IMG/VR virus record: IMGVR_UViG_3300032237_000074
Span: 1 to 30,360 of that record
Strand: one strand, 5' to 3'
Length of the DNA stretch: 30,360 nucleotides
DNA from: a virus
Taxonomy: Duplodnaviria > Caudoviricetes
How positions within the stretch are numbered: position 1 is the first letter of the stretch; each line of letters opens with the position of its first letter. Under the pieces are notes generated by a model that saw nothing but the letters and a program-made list of their open reading frames with translations, did no database searches and was not told the DNA's origin. The position numbers and the translations under genes were made by a program. This document shows positions 1-10,415 of the stretch, piece by piece.

Positions 1-100
1 AGCCGTGGACTAGCGCCCCGATAAGCACAACGACCACAGAGCAAAGAGTGGCGGTCACCATCATGGTCACCCAGTAAATCAGCTTGTCTTTTGCATCCAT
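1..100 (-). CDS. Small membrane protein, holin-like (runs off window)
   Basis: Manual translation MDAKDKLIYWVTMMVTATLCSVVVVLIGALVHG...; TGATG coupling to upstream ORF; hydrophobic helix; not in ORF track. Confidence 0.6.
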   Translation of the reverse strand, partial: MDAKDKLIYWVTMMVTATLCSVVVVLIGALVHG

Positions 101-372
101 CATTTTGCCCTTTCGTACAGTTTTTCTATCTTTGAGCGAATCTTTACGCTATCAGCCGTGCCTAGGGTTTGCGCCAAATTGTTGTAAATGAGTCCAAGAC
201 TTTCTTTAGTGCAGTACGGGCCTGATTCATCAAGCCATTCAAGTATTCTTTCATATCGTTCCTTTGGGTCTGTTGTTGATGCAATGTTTACAAAATCAGA
301 AACGCTGCATTCATGCCGCACCGTTGCTGCTGCCATCAAGGACAACACAAACAAGGCGACAAACCATCTCAT
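100..372 (-). CDS. Hypothetical exported protein (signal peptide, two Cys)
   Basis: MRWFVALFVLSLMAAAT N-terminus; ATGA and TGATG overlaps with both neighbours. Confidence 0.7.
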   Translation of the reverse strand: MRWFVALFVLSLMAAATVRHECSVSDFVNIASTTDPKERYERILEWLDESGPYCTKESLGLIYNNLAQTLGTADSVKIRSKIEKLYERAK

Positions 373-539
373 TTAGCATGGGTCAACAATGAATAGATGA
401 TGCCCGCCATGCCGGTCAACATGGCCCCAGCAAACCAAATAATGACCTTTTCCAAGCGGTCAAGGCGCATTTGAATTTGCTCATAACGCTCCGCGCAAAC
501 GGCTTCGTGGCTGTTTAGTTTTGCAAGTGTTTCGTCCAC
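369..539 (-). CDS. XhlA/holin-like small membrane protein, 56 aa
   Basis: Manual translation from GTG: MDETLAKLNSHEAVCAERYEQIQMRLDRLEKVIIWFAGAMLTGMAGIIYSLLTHAK; coiled coil plus C-terminal TM helix; fills the gap exactly; not in ORF track. Confidence 0.75.
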   Translation of the reverse strand: MDETLAKLNSHEAVCAERYEQIQMRLDRLEKVIIWFAGAMLTGMAGIIYSLLTHAK

Positions 540-542
540 GAT

Positions 543-1085
543 TTATGACTTCTGAATAAACGCCAGGGCGTAGTAGGTTGGAAGATTTGTGCCGACGCTC
601 GATGTCACCGAACTGGTGAAGCCTCCGGTGTTGCCGACTGAGTAGGTGTTACCCGCACCAACAACGAAGGAATCTTTAAGGTTGGGCGTGCCGTTTGTCC
701 CGTCGCAAAGGTAGTAGCCCGATGGGATTGACCCAATAGACCCCGACCACATGATGATACCGCCCGATGGAACGGCGCTGACAGATGGGCTTGTTCCGAT
801 GATTCCATAAAGGTTATCGTAGGTTTGGATTGTGACATTGGCGCTAGTGGTGAGGACAAACTTGTAATTCGTGCCCGCGGTGAGCCATATCTCTTGCGGT
901 GGCCGACCATCCGTTCCAAGCTGGATAGGATTGGTGTTCGCAGTCGTTCCTGCCGATGTGGTGTAGGTTGCTGCAGGCGTAGTGCTACCGGCCACATAGG
1001 TGTAGATGTACCCACCCGTAAGCGGCAAGCCTGTCGTGGTGAAGAATTGAAACCCATTACCAATGGGTGAAAGATTGACGCTCAT
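543..1085 (-). CDS. Short tail protein: particle-binding N-domain plus tail-collar domain
   Basis: N-terminal G.PL.GG.IYTY.AG.TTP...TNPI.L...GR motif; C-terminal PSGGIIMWSG...IPSGYYLCDGTNGTPNL collar motif; occupies P22 gene 9 position. Confidence 0.75.
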   Translation of the reverse strand: MSVNLSPIGNGFQFFTTTGLPLTGGYIYTYVAGSTTPAATYTTSAGTTANTNPIQLGTDGRPPQEIWLTAGTNYKFVLTTSANVTIQTYDNLYGIIGTSPSVSAVPSGGIIMWSGSIGSIPSGYYLCDGTNGTPNLKDSFVVGAGNTYSVGNTGGFTSSVTSSVGTNLPTYYALAFIQKS

Positions 1086-1086
1086 G

Positions 1087-3711
1087 TTAGTCCTTGGTTA
1101 AACCGCCATGCGGATTTGTTGCTTCTCTCGCAAAACCTTCTTTGTTCAACTTGCCCATAAATTGCCTTGCAAGACCAAGAACAGGAATTGACATACCGCC
1201 AGTAGCGCCAGCAAGTTTAGCCTCTCCAGCCGTGAGCAATCCTTCTTTTGCCATGTCGCCCAACATACTGCTGTATGTGTTGGAATAGTTAAATGTTCCA
1301 GTTTTAGGCATACCAATTTTGCTTGTCAGCAAACCCAATTCGGTAACATCTTGCATTGCTTGTGGCGACAATGATTCTGTTAAAGCAGATTTGTTTTGCT
1401 TGTAAAACTTAGCAAATTGTTCAGGCGTGAGATTGCGCTCACTAGCATTGATGGCCGCATTTTTAGCGCGGCTCAATTCGCCAAATGTTATGGCTTGATG
1501 GGCAATGTCATCAGCAGGAATTTCTGCCTTCATGCGCCGAATAGACTCAGGCGTTGCGCTTGACACATATTTATTGTGAAACTTTGCTGCGTTTAGGCTT
1601 TCGCCTTGCGCCGATGCGTCGGCAGCGTCTGCTGCTTCTTTAACCGCTGCTTTATATGCAGGGTTGCCCTTAATCACGCCCATGCGCTCCGCATTAAGCC
1701 TGCGGGCATTGTCAGCCAATTCTTTAAGCCGCGCAGCCTGGGGCGTGCCTGCTTCTTCGCCAAAAATGGGCAAATTTTCAAGTTCTTGGCGCACGATGTA
1801 AGCAGCGCCTCGAGCATTGCCATTTGCACTTGAGCGCATTTCATTTGCCAAATTTGTCCGCAAAGCCTCATAGCTTTCAAATGTTGGATTTTTATAAAAA
1901 TCTTTCAAGTCAGCTTTAATACTGTCGGGAAGATGATTTAGCTTTAGCTTTTTAGACAATTCGGAATTGATGTTTTCATCTAGCTTTCCGATGTCAATAG
2001 GAAACTGGCCGCCGTTTTCATCTTCCAAGGCTTTGTAGGCGCTGCTGATTGCATCACGCCGAACTTGGTCTTTTGCGGCCAAGGCGTTGATTTCATGCTG
2101 TCCTAATTCGGATGCGTCAGCAGTCACCGAAATATCCGGTGCGTGTTTTTGTTTGGCTGTTTCAAATGCGGCTGAAATTTGAGCCGGTTGCTCATTGAAA
2201 TGGTTGCCCAATGTAGGCGTTTCGCTGCGACGATTCCATTCGTTTGCATATTGTTGCGTGTCGCCCGTACGTTGACCCACGGACAAATTAACGCCGTGTT
2301 TTTCTTCAAGCGACCGTGTTTCCAAAGCGGGCAAATGGATTGAATTGATGTTCTTTGAGCCAACAAATTGCTGTAGTTCAGGCGATGCGTTTGCAAGCGC
2401 AGCATCCACACTACCGCGCAATGACATTTCAGGCGACACACCAGCAGCACCAACAGAGGCAGGCATTTCTGCCGCAACAGGTTGGGCCTCTGCTGCCGCA
2501 ATGGGTTCCTCACCGAATGGGCCAGGCAATGCAAGCGGCGGCTTTTCACGATAAACACCAGTTTCGTCAGGGGTCAATTCAACCGGCGGCTTAAACAATG
2601 GAGGCTCTGCGGAAGCAGCATAAGCAGCACCAAAATCAGCGGGCCGTTCAGCAGCTTGGGCGGCGGGTTGTGCTTGAGCTTGTTTTGCAGCCCGAGCAGC
2701 AGCTTGTTTAGCAGCAAATTGTTGACGCAATTGGTCAGCAGCAGCGGCATTTGCTGCAGCGCGTTGTTCAGCTTGGGCAGTTGTTGTTTTTCCTGTTTTT
2801 ACAGTCGGCAATGCTGATGCTTCAGAAATATTTTTAGCCACAAACTTTGTAGCTTCGGGCAATGCCATTGTTCCAGCACCAACCAATAAACTTGCATCAA
2901 CAGGATTCATTCCCGTGACTTGCGAAATTTTATTTGCTGCGTATTCAAAAGGTGCAGCCACAGCACTTTGCAATCCTTGATATTGCGGGCTTTCCGTTGT
3001 TCCTGTAAGTCGCCCAAATGGATTAGCTGCAAAAGATGATATAGCCTGGCCAATTTTCTGAGATTTTTCCGGTGTTTCACCAGTTAAACGACCAGATGCT
3101 GTGCCAATAAGATTCAATATTGCAGATGGCGCATTTGCTACAACGTCAGCCGTAGATGCAAGAAATGCGGGCTTGTTGCTTCGTATGGTGTTAAACGCAT
3201 CCATAAAATGCTTTGCCACGGGCGATAGCGGTGGAGCTTGCTGGGCGATTGTTCCATTACCAGCAATCAACGCTCGAGTATCCATAGGCGCAACCCCTTG
3301 CGCAACCCCTTGCGCAATAGCGGGCGCAATAGCGGACGCAACCCCTTGCGCAGCAGGCATTGCGGTTGGCATGGCAATTGGTTGGCCGCCAATAGATTGG
3401 ATTTCTCGATTGAGTGCGCCTATTTGCGCGGCCACATTGGTCGCAGATGCCGTATCGCCTTTTTGTAGATGGCCTGCCATTTGTTGGGCAAGTGCTGTCG
3501 CTTGTTGGCGTTTGGATTCAGCAATTGCTCTTAAATCAGCAGCATTGTTTGCCTCAACTTCTGCCCTTTGTGCCGCTGTGGGCGTAGTTCGTTGAATTGT
3601 GGGAGCCGGTCTAACGGGAACAGGCGCAGGCGATGCAGCGGCTCTTGCAGCCGGTGCAACAGCCGACGCTTGTTCTTCGTCACCAGCAATAAGAGAACGA
3701 ATGTCGGCCAT
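1087..3711 (-). CDS. DNA ejection/internal virion protein (P22 gp16-like position)
   Basis: 874 aa, Ala/Gln-rich and helical; last and largest of three coupled genes after the tail hub. Confidence 0.65.
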   Translation of the reverse strand: MADIRSLIAGDEEQASAVAPAARAAASPAPVPVRPAPTIQRTTPTAAQRAEVEANNAADLRAIAESKRQQATALAQQMAGHLQKGDTASATNVAAQIGALNREIQSIGGQPIAMPTAMPAAQGVASAIAPAIAQGVAQGVAPMDTRALIAGNGTIAQQAPPLSPVAKHFMDAFNTIRSNKPAFLASTADVVANAPSAILNLIGTASGRLTGETPEKSQKIGQAISSFAANPFGRLTGTTESPQYQGLQSAVAAPFEYAANKISQVTGMNPVDASLLVGAGTMALPEATKFVAKNISEASALPTVKTGKTTTAQAEQRAAANAAAADQLRQQFAAKQAAARAAKQAQAQPAAQAAERPADFGAAYAASAEPPLFKPPVELTPDETGVYREKPPLALPGPFGEEPIAAAEAQPVAAEMPASVGAAGVSPEMSLRGSVDAALANASPELQQFVGSKNINSIHLPALETRSLEEKHGVNLSVGQRTGDTQQYANEWNRRSETPTLGNHFNEQPAQISAAFETAKQKHAPDISVTADASELGQHEINALAAKDQVRRDAISSAYKALEDENGGQFPIDIGKLDENINSELSKKLKLNHLPDSIKADLKDFYKNPTFESYEALRTNLANEMRSSANGNARGAAYIVRQELENLPIFGEEAGTPQAARLKELADNARRLNAERMGVIKGNPAYKAAVKEAADAADASAQGESLNAAKFHNKYVSSATPESIRRMKAEIPADDIAHQAITFGELSRAKNAAINASERNLTPEQFAKFYKQNKSALTESLSPQAMQDVTELGLLTSKIGMPKTGTFNYSNTYSSMLGDMAKEGLLTAGEAKLAGATGGMSIPVLGLARQFMGKLNKEGFAREATNPHGGLTKD
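3289..3352. repeat. 12-bp coding tandem repeat, about 5 units
   Basis: cgcaaccccttg x2, cgcaatagcggg, cgcaatagcgga, cgcaaccccttg; encodes AQGV/ASAI/APAI/AQGV/AQGV. Confidence 0.85.
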
Positions 3712-5255
3712 TAGTTTAGGCTCCCATTTTTAACTAGTTTTTGAATGTTGTCGTATTTTTCTAGGTACTCTTTGCGTTTTGCTTTGTCTGCGCCAAGCAA
3801 TGCGTCAATTTGCGCTTTTTGTTCTTTGGGGTCTTTTACTCTGTCAATGATGTTCATTACTTGGAACACTTTTGAATCTGAATTGTTAGACCATTCTTGA
3901 TTGAATTTTGCGTAATTTGCATCACCATATTTTTGTGCAAATGTTTGCATTGCAGGCGCTTTTAGCTGTAGTTCTTTTTGTGTTGCAGCGGTACGTTGAA
4001 CAATGTCCATCAGCACATCAGGGTTGTAAGTCTCATCACCCGAGGCCATAGCAAGCAAATGTTTGCCCGAATCGGTTTGCAATGATTGGCCTTGTGCTTG
4101 CAATTGAGCAATTTGCAAATTAGCAAGGTTTTTAGACAGTTCTTTGTAATCTGAACTACCAGCAAGATTTGCCACATTGCGGCGAATAGTTCCTGCAAGA
4201 CCGGATGAATACCATGCACCAGGGTCTAGTTTTGTGATTGACTTTAGCGATTCTTCTAAATTTCGATTCATTTGAGCCGAATTGTTTAGATTTGCAGTCA
4301 ATGCTTGGCGCATTTTTACGCCGGTAGCGCGGTCATCTTCTTCACCAACAGCCGGTGTGTATGTTCCAGCACCTTGACCAACGCGGATTGGATAAGTTGG
4401 TTTAATGGGTGCGCTAATGCCGACAACGCCCATTTGTGCAGGCTGAAGACCTTGAGGGGCGGCTTGCCCAACTGGTTGAGGCGCACCTTGTTCTGGCTGC
4501 ACATTACCTTGACCGCCGCCAGCCACGCCTTGAATAACTTTTGGCAAAGTTCCTGGAAATGCTGCTGGTTGTGTAATGAATGTTTTTCCTGCTTCCGTAG
4601 TTGTTGCGGTTGCAGCAGGAAAGCGTTTGTTCATTTGTTGTTCAGCCGTTAAGGACTGAAGGGAAAAATCTCTTAACGCATCTTGCAAAACCGTTTGGTC
4701 TTTTGTTACAGGAATGCTTTCTTTTGCTAATTTACGGGCTTCTGGAGACGCGCCAAAAAGGTCTAAATGTTTATCAAGTTCGTTAACAACGTCTTCATAA
4801 GTTAAATCTTTTTTGCCAATTAGCTGCAATGCTTTTTGTGCGCCTTGGCGGTAATAAGCACTTGTTAAATTAAGTTTAGCCAAGTCTGCTTGTGACAAAG
4901 CCTCTGCAGCGCCACTATATGCCTTGGAAACTGTTGGCGCTTGAGTTAATCGTGCTGTATCTAAATTTATTCCAGCCAATTTTGCTTGTGCTGCAATTTC
5001 AGCTGCTTTATCAGGATTTGTTGCTAACGCTTGACGATAACTTTCTTGCGCTTGTTGGACTAGCAATTGTTGATTTTGCAATTGCAAAGGATTCATTGCT
5101 TGCGCTTGTTGAATTTCCATTTGCTTGGCTTGCAGTGCCAACGGGTTCAATGCCTGCGCTTGCTTATATTGTTGCGCGGATGAGGCAAGGTTCATCATGT
5201 CCGCAAGGGACGTTTGCGGCAAAGCGTTTTGGTATCCGGTGAAAGTGTCGGCCAT
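3711..5255 (-). CDS. DNA ejection protein (P22 gp20-like position)
   Basis: 514 aa, Gln/Ala-rich N-terminus with repeated QAQA(L/M)NPL; synteny; TAATG coupling. Confidence 0.65.
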   Translation of the reverse strand: MADTFTGYQNALPQTSLADMMNLASSAQQYKQAQALNPLALQAKQMEIQQAQAMNPLQLQNQQLLVQQAQESYRQALATNPDKAAEIAAQAKLAGINLDTARLTQAPTVSKAYSGAAEALSQADLAKLNLTSAYYRQGAQKALQLIGKKDLTYEDVVNELDKHLDLFGASPEARKLAKESIPVTKDQTVLQDALRDFSLQSLTAEQQMNKRFPAATATTTEAGKTFITQPAAFPGTLPKVIQGVAGGGQGNVQPEQGAPQPVGQAAPQGLQPAQMGVVGISAPIKPTYPIRVGQGAGTYTPAVGEEDDRATGVKMRQALTANLNNSAQMNRNLEESLKSITKLDPGAWYSSGLAGTIRRNVANLAGSSDYKELSKNLANLQIAQLQAQGQSLQTDSGKHLLAMASGDETYNPDVLMDIVQRTAATQKELQLKAPAMQTFAQKYGDANYAKFNQEWSNNSDSKVFQVMNIIDRVKDPKEQKAQIDALLGADKAKRKEYLEKYDNIQKLVKNGSLN

Positions 5256-5265
5256 AATTTTTTAC

Positions 5266-6837
5266 CTATCCAAAAAGACCTTTAATGCCGTTGTATGCGC
5301 TACCAAGGCCGCTAGTCAATGACCCTAGTTTTGCAATGTCGCCCAAGCTAAATCCGCTTGATGACCCTGGCGTTGTTCCAGCAGTCGGCGTATTTTGTCC
5401 CAACAAGGTCGCCAAGAATGCCGTGTTAGCCGCGTTTGTAACGCCACCCGCGCCAACTTGAGCCTGGCCGAGAATATTGGCAGCTTGAGCGTTTGCAAGG
5501 CCGGTGTTAAGACCAACAGTTCCTTGACCGTAATTTGTGCCAGCAGTTCCCGCGCCCGTGTTAGCAGTCTGTCCAATGCCAGCAATGCCCGCCAAGTCGG
5601 AATAGATGTTTTGCCGTTGCGATTGGTAATTGTTAAATGCGTTCTGATACGCATTACCCGCGTAATTTTGTGTGTATTGATTGAGGCCGGTCAGCGCATT
5701 TCCACCTAGCGCACCACCGCCAACATTAGCCGCACGCTGATTGGCTTGCTGGCCCTGCTGCAGCATGAAGTCGTAGTTTGGAGCCAAGCCAGCTTGTAGG
5801 TCTGCCGCATTGAATTGATGCGTTAGATATGGGGTCATGCCCGCAAGCTGATTTACCGCACCAACGCCTGCTGCTTGATAGGGCGCTTGATAGCCAAGCT
5901 GTTGGTTGTAAATGTTGCCTAGCGTGTTTTGCGATGCTGCATTGGCAGCTTGTGTGGCTGCTATGGCCTGCTGCATTGCCTCGCGGGTCGCAGAGGCGTT
6001 GTATAGCCCTGCTGCGCCTGTTCCTAGCGCGGCAAGTTGAGTACCCGATAAGTCACCAATTGCGCTACCCGCTTTGCCAAGCAAACCAGTTAAACCGGAT
6101 GAACCTTGATTGAGTAAATCCGTCAATGAACTTGCATTTCCTGCTGTTGCCAAGTCATTAAGCGCGGAGCCTGCGCCAGTTGTGCCTGCAGCAGCGGCCA
6201 ATTGTTCGGCGGTTAATCCTGCGGCTCCGGTTGCGCCAGCAGCACCTGGCGACATTCCTGCGGCAACTGCTTGATTAGCCGAAATTCCAGCAGCCGGCAC
6301 AGCCGCCCCAACTGGCATAACAGAGCCGCCCATAGCTGCAATGGTTGGGTCAACCGCAGCCGTAGTACCACCAGCGCCCATTGTTCCAGCCATTGAGCCT
6401 ATATCGCCCAATGATGTGCCAGTAACAGTTGACGTAGCAACAGGGGCTGCAGTCGCGCCAACATTAGCAAGCGCGGTTGGTGCAGCGGCAGCTTGCGCTT
6501 GAGCAACGCTTTGGTCAATTGCGGCAGGCGACGATAAATCAATTGCATTAGGCGTTAACAGCTTGCCGCCGCCATACGACAAAACAAGCGTTTCTAGCCC
6601 TTTTTCAAGGTTGCCGCCGGTCTGAGATGTTTTGTTTGCCGCTAAGAATCCTGCGGTTACAGATGGAGGAATGTTGTATGCGGCAGCAATAGCCGTAATT
6701 GCAGCTTCTAAAGCTGGAGTGTTAGCAATGGTTTTACCTACGTCCGTAACGCCTTGATTGATTGCTTTCTCAATAGGCTGCAAAGCGCCCGTTAACGCAT
6801 TGCTAGTGCTTTGGATAACTTGATTTACTGCGCCCAT
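5266..6837 (-). CDS. DNA transfer/pilot protein (P22 gp7-like) with long N-terminal extension
   Basis: Gly/Ala-rich; C-terminal half has PYQAAG...PNYDFMLQQGQQA...GGNALTGL pattern typical of gp7-like proteins; synteny. Confidence 0.7.
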   Translation of the reverse strand: MGAVNQVIQSTSNALTGALQPIEKAINQGVTDVGKTIANTPALEAAITAIAAAYNIPPSVTAGFLAANKTSQTGGNLEKGLETLVLSYGGGKLLTPNAIDLSSPAAIDQSVAQAQAAAAPTALANVGATAAPVATSTVTGTSLGDIGSMAGTMGAGGTTAAVDPTIAAMGGSVMPVGAAVPAAGISANQAVAAGMSPGAAGATGAAGLTAEQLAAAAGTTGAGSALNDLATAGNASSLTDLLNQGSSGLTGLLGKAGSAIGDLSGTQLAALGTGAAGLYNASATREAMQQAIAATQAANAASQNTLGNIYNQQLGYQAPYQAAGVGAVNQLAGMTPYLTHQFNAADLQAGLAPNYDFMLQQGQQANQRAANVGGGALGGNALTGLNQYTQNYAGNAYQNAFNNYQSQRQNIYSDLAGIAGIGQTANTGAGTAGTNYGQGTVGLNTGLANAQAANILGQAQVGAGGVTNAANTAFLATLLGQNTPTAGTTPGSSSGFSLGDIAKLGSLTSGLGSAYNGIKGLFG

Positions 6838-7223
6838 TACAACCTCACTAAAAATTTATAGGTTCGATATTCCCCATCGTCAATCTTTTCTGACTCGTAA
6901 GGGTACTTGGAATGCACCAAAAGCGTCGTGATTTTGGGGTTGTCGTAATAGGTGACGGCGTACTTGTAACCCTTTTCTGACATTTTATCAAAGAACGCAT
7001 TGCAATTTTTGACCAAACTGTCGGCTTTGTCTCCATTCATGGCGTGGAATTCGACCCCATCGTCCACATCATGCGTAAGAAAAAGCGTGTTGTCCTCGCG
7101 GTACAACTTGTATTTCCCGCGCAGCGCATCCATCAGCCCGTCGTAGTATTGTTGGGCGGTGATGGCCTTCTTAGGGTAGTTCTTACCCAAGTCGGCAGCA
7201 AGGATTTCCTGAACGGTTTTCAT
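6837..7223 (-). CDS. Hypothetical virion-assembly protein (P22 gp14 position)
   Basis: 128 aa, coupled on both sides; assignment by synteny only. Confidence 0.6.
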   Translation of the reverse strand: MKTVQEILAADLGKNYPKKAITAQQYYDGLMDALRGKYKLYREDNTLFLTHDVDDGVEFHAMNGDKADSLVKNCNAFFDKMSEKGYKYAVTYYDNPKITTLLVHSKYPYESEKIDDGEYRTYKFLVRL

Positions 7224-7450
7224 ACGTTGTAGTACGGAATCTTGTACGCATTCCCGTTCACGGTCACATTGATGAACCCAACAGGGTTAGCTGGCAATGT
7301 GGCCGAGCCTGCGGTGGCCGTGGTAGCTGATGAATAATTAAGCAGATTGAGAAAAAACTGCTGCCAAGAACGGGTAGGCCGGTTGGTGGTCTTATCCAAG
7401 AACTCAGCTTGTGGATAAGGGTTGATTTGTTGGGTGTTTGAGAGTGCCAT
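7220..7450 (-). CDS. Small tail protein (gp26/needle position)
   Basis: 76 aa after the hub gene; PTRSWQQFF N-motif and GFINVTVNGNAYKIPYY C-motif. Confidence 0.6.
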   Translation of the reverse strand: MALSNTQQINPYPQAEFLDKTTNRPTRSWQQFFLNLLNYSSATTATAGSATLPANPVGFINVTVNGNAYKIPYYNV

Positions 7451-9435
7451 TAGTTTTCTCCTGCGCTCATTTTTAGGTTGGCAGAGATGATGACCGCATT
7501 CACAGGGTCGGTGATAGACACTTCAAAAACTCTGTCACGCGCCTGGCCTAAACGCCGCCAAATAGCGCGGTTGCGGTACTTGCCTAACTGTCCAATGGTG
7601 ACCCAATATTCTTTAGACCAAGTGGAGCCGCCATCATTAGACCAGCGCAACATAGCCTGTGGATAAGTCGTGGTCGTGGCGTTGTTAACAGTAGCTTGAA
7701 GCCCAAGAATATAAGTTTCAAGCGCACCAATGGTAAAGGTCGCATCAGGGTAAATGTAATACGGCGAATTAACGTAAATGCCGCCCGTCGGTGTGGATAG
7801 CCCTGTTGTGCCTACGCCTGGCTGGAATTGAATCTGCAATTCCTCAAAATACTGACGCTGTAGGTCTGTGGTCAGATGAGGAGCGCGACGTAGCCGACGG
7901 ACGTTTTGACCGTTGTCGGTGTAGTTCTTTTTGTCTAGTTCGTATATACAACCATTTGCATAGTCGCCGACCAAAACCATACCTTGGAAGACCGCGCAGC
8001 AGTTTCCACGATGGCGGCTGTATGAACCATCTGTATTTGTGTAAAGCCACTTGTGCCACATTTGCGTGGTGAAGTCATAAGCCCAAGTTAGCCCAATGGT
8101 CGGAAATGTGCAAACGTAGACTTCATGGCCTTCAAGCTGATACGTCCACGCAATCGCGTCATCAATGTATTGATTGGTGAGCGAATTCTCTACAGCGTGG
8201 GTAGAAATGCGTTGTGGGATGTACCCATTCATCTGCATCACTTGCGCCTGGCCGCGATTGTTCCGCGACACATAGGCAAACGATGGGCCAAGGCGGGCAA
8301 CAGAAAACTGCGCCGCAATGCCTTGTTGGGTAGACGTGCCTGGAATGCGCTGGAATGGAAACTGAACCGCGCCGACATCCGTCCACACTTCGGACGATGC
8401 TTCGCCCATCAAATAAACTTCGCGGTGGTCAACAATAAGTGCCACTAGCTTGTCAGGCGCACCGTCTTTTAGCGAATAGGATGTGTTGGAAGAAATGGGC
8501 GACAACAGATTTGATGCGCCCCAAAGCTGAGTGCCAGGGTCGTTGTAAACAAAATAATTGTCCACAATGTCAACAGAATTCGCACCGCTGAATGCGCCAT
8601 CGGTAGAAGGCAAAACGCTGAAGTTCAGCGCATACATGGTTTGACCAACCGCAATTGTTAGCGAATTGCTGATGGTGTAAGTGCCTGTTCCACCCGTTCC
8701 TGTTCCAAGCGCGGTAACGATTGTGTTTGCCGTAACGCTTGCGCCTTGGATTGTTTGCCCAAGATAAATCGTACCTGACGCGACTGCGCTGACAGTCATT
8801 GTTGTGCCAGCGACTGTAGCCGTGAATCGAGCGCCGACTGCGGTGCTGCTCAAAGACCGCGCTGAGACTGTTTGCGATGTGTTTAAGGTGTAAGTACCAA
8901 CGCCGCCAGTTCCCGTTCCCAAAGCCGTAATAACGGTCTCTGCGGTCACGCCCACACCGGTCAGACTTTGATTGGCCGTAATCGTGCCCGAACTCATGGC
9001 CGTAACGGTCAAAGTCGTGCCCGAAACAGAGCCGGTGAAAATGGCGTTAGATGGAGATGAAATGCGCCATGTGTACCGATAAGCCCCGTCCACAATGTAG
9101 GCGTTGATGCCGTTGTCGGTAATGCCAACGCGCCCTGTAGATGAGTTAAGCGTGCCGACAATGGTCGGGGTCAGATTAGACGTAAAGACGTAAACGTAAA
9201 CGCCGCAGACCGCAATCATTTGCGAACCGCCCGACAATGTGCGGAGACCGCGCACTTCGGCGTTGTTTAATACGGTTTGTAGGGTTAACCCTGGGGTTGG
9301 ATAAAGCGCAACAATGCCCCGCGTGCCAGGCTGCTTGAGTGGGTCAATCTCGGGAAAAAAATTGATGCACTCCTGCGATTCCTGATAAATCGACGGTGCT
9401 TCGTAGGATGGGCCAACAAATCCAAAATCGGGCAT
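7450..9435 (-). CDS. Tail hub / packaged-DNA stabilization protein (P22 gp10-like)
   Basis: LYPTPGL, SEVW.D.G...[39 protein letters not shown] and WRRLG motifs. Confidence 0.9.
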   Translation of the reverse strand: MPDFGFVGPSYEAPSIYQESQECINFFPEIDPLKQPGTRGIVALYPTPGLTLQTVLNNAEVRGLRTLSGGSQMIAVCGVYVYVFTSNLTPTIVGTLNSSTGRVGITDNGINAYIVDGAYRYTWRISSPSNAIFTGSVSGTTLTVTAMSSGTITANQSLTGVGVTAETVITALGTGTGGVGTYTLNTSQTVSARSLSSTAVGARFTATVAGTTMTVSAVASGTIYLGQTIQGASVTANTIVTALGTGTGGTGTYTISNSLTIAVGQTMYALNFSVLPSTDGAFSGANSVDIVDNYFVYNDPGTQLWGASNLLSPISSNTSYSLKDGAPDKLVALIVDHREVYLMGEASSEVWTDVGAVQFPFQRIPGTSTQQGIAAQFSVARLGPSFAYVSRNNRGQAQVMQMNGYIPQRISTHAVENSLTNQYIDDAIAWTYQLEGHEVYVCTFPTIGLTWAYDFTTQMWHKWLYTNTDGSYSRHRGNCCAVFQGMVLVGDYANGCIYELDKKNYTDNGQNVRRLRRAPHLTTDLQRQYFEELQIQFQPGVGTTGLSTPTGGIYVNSPYYIYPDATFTIGALETYILGLQATVNNATTTTYPQAMLRWSNDGGSTWSKEYWVTIGQLGKYRNRAIWRRLGQARDRVFEVSITDPVNAVIISANLKMSAGEN

Positions 9436-9443
9436 TTATGACC

Positions 9444-10415
9444 TCAACGGAAGAAGCCGCCCGAAAGTATCCAGCCCGCATCCTTGCTACGCCCAACCAG
9501 CAGTGCATCGGCGTATCGAGCAACAGGTGGCGGCTTCATGTTTGTGCGTTTGATTGTGGCTTTACCTTGTGCGGCAAACTTCATAATCATTGCGATTTGG
9601 GTCTGACTTGCCTTGCCGTACATGGGCATTAGGCGCTCTGCAAGACACCAGCGCAGCGCCATTGCGTAGCCTTGCGGCAGTGTGATGCTGTCGTACAGGC
9701 CGGTGTAGTTGCTGAAAATCGTGTCAGCAAAGATGTGCATCTCGCCTTGGCCTGGATTGGGCCATAGGAAAAGGTTGCCAAGTAATTCGGTCGGTTGATA
9801 GTAAAGCGCTTTGGGCCACGGGCCGTTAAGCGTCTTCAAACCAATCATTTCGTATTCTTCAACGTTCAGCACCGACACCGGATAGTCAAGACCGCCGCCG
9901 GTTATCGGCTGGCCGTTAGATGTCGTGTTAATTCGAACAAACGCTGAATTAATGACCAATGGCCGCTGATAGTAGGCGTTGATTGTGGTTGACGCTACAG
10001 TCTGCGAAATGTTGAGCGTGTACGTTCCAGCTTCATTGACGTTGCCACCGGCGCCGGTTTGGAATGCCAAAATCTTTGTACCATCCGTGATTCCTGTGCC
10101 ACTTAGGGTTTGCCCTATGGCGATTGCGCCTGATGTAATGGCCGTGACTGTTAGGGTTGTCCCTGATATAGAGCCGGTAAAGACTGCGCCGACTTGACCG
10201 CCTGGGCCGATGGTGTATTGCGTTTGACCTGACGTAACGGGAAAAATGATTTCCGTCTTGTAAAACGTCATCATGTCCTCATTCGACCATTGGTCGATAA
10301 GGTCATTGAGCATTTCAAACGCATCCTGCGCCGCCTCGGGCGTGGGTGTCTCACCGGCTTCTAAAGCGCCAATGTCCTTGAGTGCGCGAGAAATGATGTC
10401 AATAGGCGCTGTCAT
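9444..10415 (-). CDS. Head-tail adaptor (P22 gp4-like)
   Basis: [22 protein letters not shown]...LNDLIDQW N-terminus; [19 protein letters not shown]-terminus; start placed at MTAP (ATGA overlap). Confidence 0.8.
   Translation of the reverse strand: MTAPIDIISRALKDIGALEAGETPTPEAAQDAFEMLNDLIDQWSNEDMMTFYKTEIIFPVTSGQTQYTIGPGGQVGAVFTGSISGTTLTVTAITSGAIAIGQTLSGTGITDGTKILAFQTGAGGNVNEAGTYTLNISQTVASTTINAYYQRPLVINSAFVRINTTSNGQPITGGGLDYPVSVLNVEEYEMIGLKTLNGPWPKALYYQPTELLGNLFLWPNPGQGEMHIFADTIFSNYTGLYDSITLPQGYAMALRWCLAERLMPMYGKASQTQIAMIMKFAAQGKATIKRTNMKPPPVARYADALLVGRSKDAGWILSGGFFR

Noticed and set aside
605-1063. 152-aa same-strand alternative-frame ORF in the collar gene
   Set aside because: No RBS; Pro/Arg/Ser-rich composition typical of off-frame reads, unlike the nested MTase ORF.
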